From Klebsormidium nitens (lineage: Eukaryota > Plantae > Klebsormidiophyceae): a stretch of 64,000 nucleotides of DNA. Position 1 is the first letter of the stretch. Each line of letters starts with the position of its first letter. Below, in pieces: positions 1 through 12,833 of this stretch. The DNA lies in the NCBI GenBank assembly GCA_000708835.1, contig DF237306.1, forward strand, positions 30,635 to 94,634, in the 5' to 3' direction. The translations under genes were made by a program, and so were the position numbers. A model generated the notes under the pieces. It was not told where the DNA came from. It made no database searches and worked only from the letters and a program-made list of their open reading frames with translations.

Positions 1-190
1 GCATCGGGCAGAGTTTTGTGCGATCGATCCCATCGCACTTGGGTCAGGCGGCCAGGTGTGATAGAATCTGCAGTAGATGCTTGTCGGAGAGAGTATCGAG
101 CTTCTGTTCGCTCGAGAAAAAGCGACCCCTCTGCCCAATTTACGTTTGCCCAACAAGGATACGTGTCAAACGTCGGACGATCGGCCTCAC

Positions 191-2458
191 TGTTGATGAA
201 GAGAACCATGATGGTCTTCTTGGCGCTGTAGTTGGCGCTCGAGATACAGCCCCCCATCTTGAATCGCGATCGGGCCGGGTCGTCGTCGGACGTTTCGATG
301 GGGATCAGTTCGCGGGCGACGGACGAGCCATAGACGGAGCGGATGTTTTCAGAGCGGGAGGACGCGGCGAGAGTGTGGATGTCTGCGCGGTTCTCGCCGT
401 GCTGCAGTAAGTAAAGCAGTCGTTGTAAAATTCGAGTTCGAAGCACGCAGACACCGAACGAGTTTGCTCGGTACGTCGGCAGATCGTTTTTTCATTCACT
501 CGAATGATGCAAAGCTGTGCTACTTATACTTGGCTCCTGCAAGCAAAATCTGACGTCTTATGCGGCCAGTCAATTCTCGACTTCCGGATCTGAGTAGTCC
601 TTGTTTCAAACAAAGAAGGACTTCAACATGCGACTCAAAAATCCTCGAGAAACTCTTGAACAATCCATAACAAGCTCCCCGTCTTTGCTTAGAAGAGAAG
701 TTATGAGACGAAGAGCCGGAAAGCCAGGGCGTCTTACCTTCTTGCAGGAGAAGCTGACGCCCTCGTTGTGTACGGCAAAGCGGCTAATCACGTCCAGGAT
801 CCGACTGTACTCCTCCCCCACGTTTTTGAAAGCTTTCCGGCGCGCTGTCACGTTGTAGAACAGGTTCTCGACCTGAAAGGAACTTCATTCCTTCAAGCAG
901 GCAAATCATGTCCTATGAGGTGCCCGAATCTGCCTATTCTCAGATTAGCAGCGTTCATTGAAGTGTGGGATGAGTGAAGCCATAGCTCGCTTCCAAAATT
1001 GATCAAGACCACTTCATATCAACCTCAAAAACAACGAATTGAAAGGATAAGGAATAAACGACTGTGAAGGCAGCGTCTTTCTCTCGAGATGATCCATCAT
1101 GGACCGTTCGCTATTCCCCGGTCGGAAGCATACCGTGATTTGTGTTCCCTTGACTGCAGCACAAGCTTTGGGCTCCCCCTCCAGTACCCCGTCCTTATAT
1201 GTGGCTCTGCAACATCACACAAGCGCTCAGATACTTCCCAGTCGGATCGAAGCTCTTTGTAACAACACAGGAGCCCGTCGGTGAAGTTTGCTTCTTACTT
1301 AGCGCCTCGTAAGCATGGACCGGCGTCACATTTGAGATGAGCTGGGCCATCTTGTCGTCAAACATTCCCCACCCAATCGTTAGAAGTCGACTGCCAGGGT
1401 ACTTCGTCAAGAAGTACTAGCGGATAGTACAAGACAAGCACTTCGTAACAGCTCAGCTTTCATTTGAACTCCAGTACTTACACCATGCTCATGGAGGCCA
1501 GACCGGGATCACTAAGAAAGTCTTCGCAAACCCAAACTTTTTGTTGAGCAAATGTCAAGATCATTGCTAGTCACCGAAACTTCTGACGGCACTCACTTGT
1601 AACCGTGGGTTTGCCCCGCTGTCATAGTCACAACACTCAGATGTGCGACAAAAGTGATACTCGCCAGCGCCTCTCCTCTAAACCCCAAGGTGCTGATGCT
1701 CTGCAAGTCTTCGAACTCCTTCAACTTAGAAGTCGTGTGCCGCTCGCAGAGGATCGGCAGGTCCGCTGGCTGCAATGTAGAGAGGGTATCCTGTTGGTCT
1801 TATTAAGCGGCGGCCACTTTGTCTGTGGATTGATTGGAGGCTAAGGCCTTGCTACTCATATCCCATTACTGAGGATATTCTTCTACAATACTCAAATTCC
1901 ATCTTGGAAATGGCTCTCAAATAGCGCCCATTTTCTGCTGAAAAGATAGTGTGTCCTCGATGTTCCAACAAAAACAAATAAGGCTACCCTTCAGATAGAC
2001 TTCTGTGAGTTGCCACAAAGAAACTCTCTGTCAATCTTCAAATACGTGAGGGGCACAAAGAAGTCTGTATCAGCTCCTCCTCTCTAAACTCTTCAATATT
2101 TCTCCCCCAGGACAGATGGTCCATACCAATTAACAGCAGCTGTAAGGTGAGGAAACACGACGAAACACTGTAGGACCCATGGAGGTCCATCTCAAACTTC
2201 ACGCACTGATCCCAATGCACTTACTCTGATGCCATGTCCGTTGTCTGTGATCTGTATCATCTTCAGTCCCCCATCCTTGATGACTACATTGATTGCTGCC
2301 GCCCCAGCATCGAGGCTGTTCTCTATCAGCTCCTTGAGAGCAGAAGAGGGCCTCTGGATGACCTCCCCTGCTGCAATTCGGTTGACCACCTCCTGATCCA
2401 GCCGCCGAATGGGGGCCGGGCCAGTCCTGCCAGCTTGCTGACCTTGAGTTGTGTCCAT
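191..2458 (-). CDS. MLH1: DNA mismatch repair protein MLH1 (MutL family), 5' part; the gene continues beyond the left edge
   Basis: Phase-consistent GT-AG exons 2458-2225, 1769-1597, 1206-1134, 872-738 and 401-191. They encode [71 protein letters not shown] and [10 protein letters not shown], the MutL/MLH1 GHKL ATPase motifs. Confidence 0.96.
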
Positions 2459-4053
2459 CTTGCTCCGCTCTACTTCACCAACAAGATCTCTGCTTTCACT
2501 ATCTGTTCGGATCCTTAATCGGTTCTCATCGTACAGCTTTTGGGGCCTCCAGTGTTGGAGGCTTCTTGCTCAATTGATGTGCTTGATGTCGCTATGTAAG
2601 TACGCTAGGCTCACGTGAGGAAAATCCACTGAAAAGAGTTCCTAAAGTTAAGCAAAGCTGCTTGTGCAGCATGTGGTTCGCTAGAAAAAGAGAAGGTTCA
2701 TGGCTTTCACCACCACCAGCTGGTTGCATGACAGGTTGCAACCTTCTTCTGCATCGCAACGGTCTTTCAAATGCTGCAAGGTCTGAGATACTATCGCACT
2801 TGCATTGGCGGCACTGAGCAACTACGTAGTGCCAAGCAGCGCCTTCTCAACCTCCTCCCCACAGTGACTTTCACCTTCACATGGCACGTTTTCAGAATGA
2901 CTAGCTTCAGCCTTCAGGAGCAAGCCAGCGCTCACTTTTGCCGCGCTTCCATCTAGATTAGGTATGTAATTTGAGTTTATTCAGAGATTGCAAAATGCTG
3001 TTCGCGTTTTGACCATCTCGGGGGCCGGTTGATGGCCGTGGAAGCAACGTCTTGCGAGTCCGTCCCTGAAAACTGCCGGTTTCTGCCGTTGTCAAAACGC
3101 CTCCACTACATTTTCAATCCAATATATCGTGCATCATCCTTGGAATTTGACAAAAGGTCTTCCTGCCAGGCAAGATCAGGGAGGAACGACTCTGGCACAG
3201 ACTGAGAAAGTTGGGAGGGACGCTTCAAGAACAGGTTTTCAGCATAGCGCTAGGGGGAGGATACGGGCTCATTGTGGCCATTTGCAAAGATTATGCTTTT
3301 AGAAGGGGCCTGTCTGTGCTGAAAAGGGTGGTGCTAGGAACCTCTCCAAGGAAGAAAAGTCGGTCGGCATATTGTGAATGCCTCAGAGGCCGTGCCTGAA
3401 GCGAGAGGCACTCTTCTGTGTCCTTTTCAGTGGTGACGACTTTGCTAGACGATGCTTTGCTAGACGATGCTGAAGAATGCTCAACTGGGGTCGATGAAAC
3501 ATCATTAGCCGCTTCTATTGAGAATCGACCTCAACCCAACTTTGATCGTTACAGTTAACAAGGAATGGCGCGTCTGTACAAGGTAAGGCAATGCATTGCA
3601 TGCCAATGTGAAATTGGAGTCTGCGGTCGGTGACTCATGTCGCTTGATGCTCGGACAGCAGCTTCTTTGAGCACTTTAAAACAGGTGCTGAAGGAAAAGC
3701 TGGCCGGTGACCTGTTATCAAAGAAGATTGGCAAGGAGTTTTGATTGACGATCTTCAGAACAACCATGCCTTTGATGTAAAACTTGACGAGGCACGTGTT
3801 TACATTAGCAGCTTACACATCCTATCACTGCAGACACATTCGAACCGGATTCTGGCTTGAAGCTGCGGCCGGAAATCCTCAGTGAGAGATTCCTGAAGGG
3901 CACAAGCACCACCCTCAGCTTTATCTGGAGGGTTTTCAATGCGATCTTGTAGGAAAAAGTTTTGTGAGAGAGCAGCTTATGCCAAACCCATCGTGCGAGT
4001 CTGAGAAAGTTCTCGAGCCAAATTGATCATCTTCAAATTTTCTGTGCCTGCAG

Positions 4054-6147
4054 TCCCTAGAAGTCCTGTCAGCCTATCGAGACCGGCGGTTCCAAGGTAC
4101 TCAGGAAGAGTTCGAGCATGCGCTCCGGACCTCGACCACCGTGTACGTCGGAAACCTCACTTTTTTCACGACGGAGGAGCAGATATACGAGGCGTTTTCA
4201 AAGTGCGGGGAGATCAAAAAGGTCATCATGGGGCTTGACAAGGTCCGCCGGACGCCCTGCGGGTTCTGCTTTGTCGTGTGAGTGCCAGGTGTCGCCACCA
4301 GGTTCGCGGAGCTGTTGCCTAAGAAAATTAGCTGTTGCTGAAATGAATGTTTGCATTCTGGGCTGCCGGGCAAGACGATTCTGGATATGGGTGGATTTCC
4401 TCGGGTGCGAGTTGTGAACTTATCGCAAATTTTAAAACTTGCAGAGAAGTTGATCCTCTTGGAAGCTCTTCCCTGATGGTCTGGTGAAAAAGCACACGAT
4501 AGAGTCCTCATGTCCACTCATAGTGTTCCCTTAACTCATGTTCCTGATTGCAGCTATTACACGCGTCTCGATGCTGAAGACTGCGTCAAATACATCAGCG
4601 GCACCATCCTGGACGACCGACCTATTCGGGTGGACTTTGACTGGGGGTTCAAGGAGGGCAGGCAGTTTGGACGGGGGAAGAGTGGTGGCCAGGTTCGTTC
4701 GTCTGCTCGTACTTCAGAAGAGTGGACTTGGAAGAGTCAACGTTTCCTGTCCGTGGTCTATCATGAAAAGGCTGACTTTGTGCTGTCGATTCAGCCTTCT
4801 TTGCAACGATGAGATGGAGGTTGAAATGTCTCTGTTTTTGAGGTGTGCATGATCCTTCAATTGAAAGTGGTAGAGTAGTGGCAGTCCTTTCCCACTGTAA
4901 TGCATGGGTAAAACGTCGTCTGTAATGACCCAAGTGCTGACGACTGGCACACTGCGTTGCTGAGAAACTCCGTGGGGAGATTCCTTTGGAATATTATTTG
5001 ATTGTTACTTCGTTTCGTTGTCCTTGCAAGCAGTCTGGGTGCGCATCATTTGTGAGCTGACAATCCAAGGGGCATATGCTAGCTCGGGGGGGTTCTGGGA
5101 GTCTGTTTGGAGTCCCCGCTTTTGATCCCCAGAATGCCCATGCAATTGTATGGTTTTCGAGCCTTTCTCCAATAGTGCAGTATGCGAGCATGCACCTACC
5201 TCAGGGTGGTTCGCTTGAAGGAACGCTTGCCTTCTTCTGCTGAGCACGAGCTTGCCTTCTAATCATGCTAAAGTGCTCGTCTTGACCGTATGTCTCAACT
5301 GTTCAAGGAGCCCCTCGCTCAATCTTTCAGGTACGAGACGAGTACCGGACAGATTACGACCCAGGGCGCGGCGGCTACGGTAAGCTCGTGCAGCACAACC
5401 TCGAAATCTTGGAGCACCAGGGGGGCATCTTCAACAGTGCTGCGCCTGCGCCGTTCCATCCCCCGACGAGAATACAGCAACGAAACAGGCGAAGAGACGA
5501 GGCCATGCAAAACGCGGGTGGGGACAGACGGGGAGGCGCGCCGATCAAGGGCCAGAAACGGCAACGGGAGGACGAGGGGCCATTGGAGGATGGGGTTAAG
5601 CCGGAGAAACAAGAGCCACGGGTAAGCGCTTGGATGCAGCCATGGTTTACGAAGCATCCTTGCTACAGTTGTGCACTTTGTGGTCATTGTGGTTTATGCC
5701 CTCTGCATCTTTTTGAACAATCGGATGGCCCGTGGCTCGCTGGAGCGCTGTACGTTTCCCAGTTCAGAGGCGTTGCACGTAAAGAGAAAGATAGTCGGGG
5801 AAAGCTCGTGGCGTTCTTGCACCAGAAATCCTTGGCGTGCGTGCCCCTTCTTCGTGCGCATTTCCAGAGCATTTTCGTTCAGTGTCACCGTTCTGATTCT
5901 TCTGTTCGTACTTTGGCTCACTGGCTCACTGGCTGACAAGATCTCCAGCCAGCGTTGCCATGGGAATGTGAAGGCAGTACAGGCCAACCTGGGCACTTTT
6001 GAAAGTACTCGGACCTGCTTCTTGTCACAGTATATATGCTCTTGTGCTCTTCTGAACACCAATTCACTTCGTTTTCCGCAGGAGAAGAATCCGCGGTTCC
6101 GAGAAAAGAAAGACGACGACTCGGACGAAGATGTTGGCGATTCTTGA
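4054..6147 (+). CDS. CBP20: Nuclear cap-binding protein subunit 2 (CBP20); start codon not located
   Basis: Exons ~4054-4277, 4554-4692, 5331-5621 and 6082-6147. They encode [31 protein letters not shown] (RNP2), TPCGFCFV (RNP1), [41 protein letters not shown] and the plant-type tail EKNPRFRE. Confidence 0.95.
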
Positions 6148-8298
6148 GGTCTGTTATTCTCAGTTCTGCGTTTGTACATAAGCAATGGCTGCGGAAGCAG
6201 AATGCACTTTCTTCGACGACCTGCCGTGCGGCATCGTTTGACGTTATTGGCTGCGCTTGAATATGATACAAGTTCTAAGTCCGTTACGCACCAGGATCCT
6301 CTCGTACAATGTGCCGTTTTCGATATAGCTTCATTGCAAAATTCCAACAGGGAGGGGCACGAGGGCCTCGCATTTTCAGTGCATAGACTTTCCCATGGTT
6401 TGTACATGCATGCTTCGGCGTTAGTACTTTGTGATGTCGTGCCAGACCGTCTGCTGAGGCCGTCGCTGACTTTTACATGACCAGCAAGCATGTGGCCGTG
6501 CCAGTTGCTCTGAGCACGAGCCGATGGTAACTTCCAATTTATGAACGCCCTTAGCCGCCATGGCCGTGGAGCACGGTCTCCGGCATACCCGGGATAGTTT
6601 GTTGACTCTGCAGCTTGCTACGGCTGCAAGTCATGTCCAACAATGAAACTAAGCAATCCCTACACAACGAGCAATGTTTACATAACGAGACCCTAAGATG
6701 CATAATTTAATGCCTCACTCGTATGCAACTGTTTGATGGAAACCCAATCAGACGTGTGGCTGGACTTCAACTTTCAAAGACTAGGGCTATTCAGTGGATG
6801 TGATTTTCCGAGCTGTACTAGAACTTGTGGGGTGCAGATTTTGAGTGATGCTCCCATGGTCATGTACAGCCCCGCCCATCAGCCGATCAATGTCCTCTAG
6901 TTGGACGATGCTTCGACCTAGAGATTGGCATGGCGCGGCTTTCAAATTTATTGCATGATCACGATCGAGCATCAGATGCCCCTGTAAACTGCAGCGCATG
7001 GCCGCCGCCGCCCATGCACCCGTAAGTTGATCACAGAATGTACAGTCTCCAAGAGTTTGCGCAGGCAGACATGAGATAGTGATATGCGGCAGATCTGTTG
7101 TAGCGCGTGTAAATAAGGAAAGATTGAAGATCCCCCGATTGCCTGCTAACTTGACCGTTTCACATGTCTTCTGAGGAAATGCCAGGCTGTACGATATGTA
7201 CCTAAAGCCTGGCGCTATTTTGAGGGATGCATGCATGCTTGACTGAAAAGATTACAAGCATTGTATAGTGTTTCAGCGACTTCGCATGTCACTGTCAGGG
7301 TACAAAATTTGCAGGTCAAAATAGCACGGAGGTAATGCAGATTGCGCCTGCTTATCGTGTTTCCAACACCACTGCGTAACGCATTGTTTGTTGAGCCAGT
7401 CAATTCCCAAGGAAGTGCACACTGGCTGCACGTTATTCGACCTGGACGGCCGCCAGCTTGATAGATTTAAAAGTCAAATACTTGACAGCTGCGTCACGTG
7501 ATGAAGAGGTTATTGACACGTGATGATCATCTTATCGTCAAGCGAATTGATGGCTTTGCTGAACTGACAAACATCGTTGTATAAGATTACAGTTTAGTCG
7601 CAGCGTAAACATAAATCTTGTTCAGTATCCGATCTGGTGCCCTAAGCTCACCTAAGCTTGCCTTAATTGTCAACACGTTTTTGCTTTACCTTCAAACCGA
7701 GCGCAATCTGCTTCGAACACCGAGAAGCAATGGAAGAGAAGATCCAGCGAGAGGTCGGGGAATGTCTTGATGCATGCGAAAGAATGTGCCCAGCCCCCTT
7801 TTCCAGATACCGTTCAAAGAGGAGGGCGAATGCAAAAGCATATTTAGCAAGCCTCGAGGCGTTTAGAGCTTCTCAATGAGAAGCCTTTGTTGAGAGCAAA
7901 CGAATTGCATTTGAAACTGCAAGACTGGTTTGCAAATCCGCCGACTCTTCCCGTTTCCTTTCGACGAAGACCACTTCGAACACCAGCTGCGCACGCGCTA
8001 GAAGTAACCACCCTGCCCCCTAGCTGCTATGTAAAATGGGAAGATAAGAAACGAAAAGCAGGAAGGCTATAGGAAGAAAGAGCGACGTGAGGAACATCGT
8101 TCCAAAATGTAAAAGACACTACGAACCAGTGAAGATCTCTGAGACGCATCAAGGGACATACTTTCGGTAGGATTCAGAGACAGCATTCAAGAAAAATTTT
8201 GCAGGAGCGAGTCGAGCTTGATGCAGCAGAAGAGTTCTTAAGACGAACAGCTGAGGAGATGCTGGCAATGCCATTGCGATACAAAGCGCAGGCACAGA

Positions 8299-11030
8299 AT
8301 GGCAGAGCGCGAAAGTGCAGCAAGCAAAGTGCCTGCTGAGAGGCCCAGCTTGAAGGATCCAGCGATTCTGATTCCAAGAGACCCCCTGGATTGGTGGAGC
8401 GGAGAGTATCGGAGCCGGCCCCTGACTGGCCTTATCTTCGAGATGGGGGACTGGTCAGCTCACAAGAAGTTGCTTTTAGAAAAACCTCGTCTGCAGAAAT
8501 GGATGGGTGGTGTCGTAGCCAGAAACTAACACTTCAAGATCCTATGGTGCATGATAAAACATCTAGCCACATCATTTCAGCATCAGCATATTAAGTGCTT
8601 TGCAGTCTCTTCCTCTTCCCTAGTCATCGCCATTTTGCCGTTCAAAAGCGCCGTTCAAAAGCGCCAGTAATAAATTTGTTGTGCCGCATTTGAAGCTAAG
8701 CACAGATCTTGTAATCGAGTTTTATTTCTCGTAATTCATCTTCCTTGCTTCTCTCTTCCTTGCTTTCACATCAATCCTTCTCGTCTGGTCCTCGTTCCTC
8801 AAACAGAGAACAAAGCTAGCCGTCTCTTGTCAGATATCAGCCATGTGTCATTCTCAGGTGCGTGCTGTGCCGCCACGATGTTAATCTATGGCGTGAGCAG
8901 CTGCCGCGGTTGGAGGCGCTGGGAGGCACCTTCTTCATAGTGACTGCACAGGTGGGATGAATGGACGTTTCAGCGGAACGTTCGTGCATGGCGTTTCTCT
9001 ACTTCTGCTAAATGAGTTTCTTATGTTTCAAGGGCTTCGAGGCTCTTGAGAGTGTATCCCTTCAGCAGGAGCACAGAGTGAGCGAGAGTTGCTGTTAGCT
9101 TGAAGCTGGTGTGAAGGTCTTTAGCCAGCATGCCCCTCAGATTTCTGTCAGTCATTTTGAAGAGCTCTCCGGCAGAGGTCCAAAACAAGCAGTTTAATAC
9201 CTGACTCAACTCCTGTATGGATGCATGAAAGCCCTGTCATTGCTTCCGCACAACAGGCGGTGCTGATGAGAAGGTCCGCCAACCCTCGTTGTCAAGGTCT
9301 TTCTGTAGCCATTCTCCTACATCGACGCACAGATTCAGTTTCAGCGAAAGTCGTGACGTTGATAAATTTCTATCTTTGCAAGTTCGTGAGGCGCTTCGGA
9401 CGTCCGCCAACTTTCGTAGTCATTGTCTTCGCAGTCATGCCTTGTAGATCGACGAAGGACTGTAGGTTAGTCCAGACCCTGTACGGTTAATGTGGAATCT
9501 TCGTCTCTGCAGTCCCAGGAGGCCCTTCGGACGTCCGCCAACTTTTCCATCCAGACCTTCTTTAACGATTCCTCCTAAATTGACGAAAGCCTTTCGATCT
9601 CGAGCAAACGCTGTCAGTGTCGTATTAATCAAACGCATTTCTTTCTCTGCAGTCCCAGGAGGCCCTGCGGACGTCTGCGAGTGACTGGGGCCTAAATGGA
9701 CTCCCGGTGGTGAGCGACCCGGACAACGTGCTCGCGCGCGACATGGGCATCAGCGTATGCGAAGAGCCCGTGCGGCCGTGCATCCAGCGCTACTTCGACA
9801 CGTACAAGAACAACCAGGTTTGCGCGGTGAGTTTAGTTACTACTTTGCCCATAAACCAATGGGTACGGCATGTCAAGAGCAAGACGGCAGAAAGTGATGA
9901 TGTACGTTCTGCTGAGTCAACTTCTCAGAGTTTTTTCATTCGTCCTTGTTTAAGCGAGTTTCTCTCTCGAACACGCAGCAGATTCCATCTTGATGGTTTC
10001 GGCCGCCAGTTCCGCTGCGGTCTGATCATCTCTTTTCTCCTTCTCAGACAAAAAACTGTGTTTCCTCTTGACATGAAAGAGCACTTTCGCGAAGCCCGTT
10101 CAACATCCTACAACAATGTCTCTGCATCTAAATGAGCGCTTCAGACTCTTACGAAACTGCGCACTCTCGAAGCACAATCGCAATTCAACACAGGGAAGTT
10201 TCGCACAAAACCTGGTATAGCTTATTTGACCAGCTCTTAGCCAGCTTCATCCTGTGAAAAGGCTATACAACCAAAGCCTATCCGGGTTTGGTTAACGGCC
10301 GTTTTGCCATGTGTAACCGGCGCTCTTTGTCTGGCAGCCCGGGTACGTCATCGTGAATCAGCAGGGCGCGGAGCTCTCGGCGTGGCACCAGACGCCCACG
10401 GTGCACAACATCGGAGGGGCCATCGACCGCCCAGTTCCTTGTAAGCGCGCGCGTCAATTTGTCGGGCCCTGCCTGTTCGAGTTTTCTTCGCACTGCGTTT
10501 CAGCTGGAGCGAAGGTGCGAAGCTCGGGGACAAAAAGACGTCGAGCAATGATACAATGAATATTTTCTCAGTATCCGTCGACGTTTTGTCGACTGAGCAG
10601 AGTCGCGAACGCAAGCGGACCAAAACTTTCAAAACGAAACGGTTAAGCCTGTGAGTTTTCATTGTATTGAGCCCGGTAACTTTTGCCCTGCGAGCAGATT
10701 AGATTTAGCAGTTCCTACGCCTTTTCGCAGCCAGTCTCTTGATGAGGCGTGTCAAAAGCCTTCCGCACACTTCGAGGATCGGACGCGTCGAAAACGTCTA
10801 CATCGTAGATGCAAACAAGCGTCACAAAGAACCAATTTCATTTCTCTGCAGCCAACGTGATCTCCCATCTGGAGAACCGGGTTGCGGACGCCCCGGGCGA
10901 GTCGGACGTCCGTAACCCCAACGAAGTGCTGGACGATTTCGCTCCGTACATCGAGCAAGTCTTCTGTGAGCTCCCCGACTGCATCCAGGAGCTCATCATC
11001 GAGGAGAGGCACATCGCGGCCGCGAAGTGA
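8299..11030 (+). CDS. AhpC/TSA-like (peroxiredoxin-like) thioredoxin-fold protein with a WCVLC motif, about 230 aa
   Basis: Phase-consistent exons 8858-8951, 9653-9817, 10338-10440 and 10852-11030: CVLCRHDVNLWREQLPRLEALGGTFFIVTAQ / SQEAL...LPVVSDPDNVLARDMGI / QPGYVIVN. Putative exon 1 (8299-8453) ends LIFEMGD-W and completes WCxxC, but its donor (GTCAGC) is weak, so exon 1 is less certain. Confidence 0.72.
9372..9680 (+). repeat. Junction echo: three copies of the intron acceptor plus exon-3 start of the AhpC-like gene
   Basis: TCTCTGCAG|TCCCAGGAGGCCCT occurs at the real junction (9652/9653) and again at 9512/9513. A more degenerate GAGGCGCTTCGGACGTCCGCCAACTTT lies at ~9388-9414. Confidence 0.85.
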
Positions 11031-12833
11031 GCCTCGGAGCCGCCCGGCCGCCGGGGGGGTGGGCGTGAGGGTTTGAGTTCGAGAGCGGCTTGTTCAACAC
11101 AATGTAGGCTCGAATTAATGGCGGCCCGCGGTTTGCTGCAGAAATGTCCAGACTCTGATAACTCTCATCCAACTTTAGATAGGCGTAGCCCGGGAGACGG
11201 GTGGGTTAGTTTGATGGTTAGGCCGGTGGGCTTGGGTGCGAAGCCAATGAGTGCTTGGGTCAGGGTTTTTCGTTTGAGCCCTCGGGTAATCTTGGGTTAC
11301 ATGCATGGACATTTCTCTTACATGCCCTTAACACACACGAGACTTTCGTATGTTGGCCAGCTAGATGCAGAACTGGGTCTCTGCGTCGCGGGCCTCTCAC
11401 GCGCTTGCAGGCAAAGCTGATGGTCGAACCATGAGTCATTAACGGATGCATGCGAAGTGGACGTCCGATGCTCTCAAGCAATGGTTTGATAATGTACTCC
11501 TGAGTATTGTTAGTAAGGGTTTATGTTAGGCTCCGTTAAGTTTGAGTCGGTTGTCAAATGGTTGAATTAGATGGACTGGAAGAATGTGTGAAAAAGGAGT
11601 TTGCCGAACAATCGGCGGTGATCATTGGGTAATGGCCAATCGACCCTATTCATCGAAGGAGCCCTTACAGCGTACGTCGCACAACAGTATAAATGTCTTT
11701 CAGGATGAGATGTTGCGAAAGCAGAAGACTTGACGCTGGCGGGCGCGTTAGTTCCACTCTCAGTACGACAAGCTTTGACCATAGCTCTTCCGTTGAAAGC
11801 AGACGGCGCTTTATCTAACAATATGCCGGATTTAAGCATGTGCAACTCAAATCTGGTCGATTCGAGGAAGTGACGCGGCCTAGTCTCGAATTGTAATTTC
11901 CGGGATCAGTATCGGCCATGCCATGATCATTGCTATGAGCAAATGTGCATGTGGACGGCCAAAATCAAAGCAAACAGAAATTGCACAATTGTTTCGTCAG
12001 AGTTGGGGGCCACGAGTCTTACTGAAAGGGAGACGTGAAGCATACTCAAGAGTATACAGATTTTTCAGATTCTATGATTTCTAAGGTCGACTTAACTCCG
12101 CAGCTGGCTGCTTGCTTTCTGCAAGTTCCAAACTAATCCGGCTGTCCAATTTGGTGGCCCTTTCTATCTACCACTACTTTTCCAACCTTCTACATTGCAA
12201 TGAAGAAGGCGCGACGTCTATACGAGTCTCTCTTATATGTCAATCTAGCTCCTGACATACTCTGCTCAACCTTTTGACTAACAGCCTCCTAGCTGAGTGC
12301 ATGTGCAGACATCAAAAAGAGCTGACCCTGTTCTTATATAAGTATGTACCGTAGTACATGCCTAACTTCTCCATCTCTCCAAGTCACTAGGTATACCGTA
12401 TATGTAGTTAGCATGATCATGACAGCTAAGTGAGATCTTGTATCTAGCAAGTGCGGTAGATGGTACGCGAAAGGCGCCAATGCAAATTGGTCAGTCAAAC
12501 AACGCAATTGCTGTCTACTACGTCTCGGAACTATCCACTGAACGTCTTTGCTAAGCACCAAGGTATCTTAAAATGAATCATGTTTCTGTGACGAACGACT
12601 CGCATGGCGCTTTTGAGCAGTGATCGTTAGCCATTTCGCGGCCCATCCTAAGATACTCAGAATAAGCTCTCGATTGGGCCAGGATGTGCCGGCAAGTCTC
12701 GCGGACACATGTTACGGTTTACCGATGGCTACAAACATTTACAGAGACAACGACCTGTACATAAGAACTACTCGTGGGGTTTGTCCTTTCGAAGGGACCC
12801 TCAGTCAAATTAGCTTGCCTAAACAGTCGGGCT

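Noticed and set aside
6787-7236. 149-aa minus-strand ORF
   Set aside because: No recognisable domain, with composition typical of non-coding sequence.
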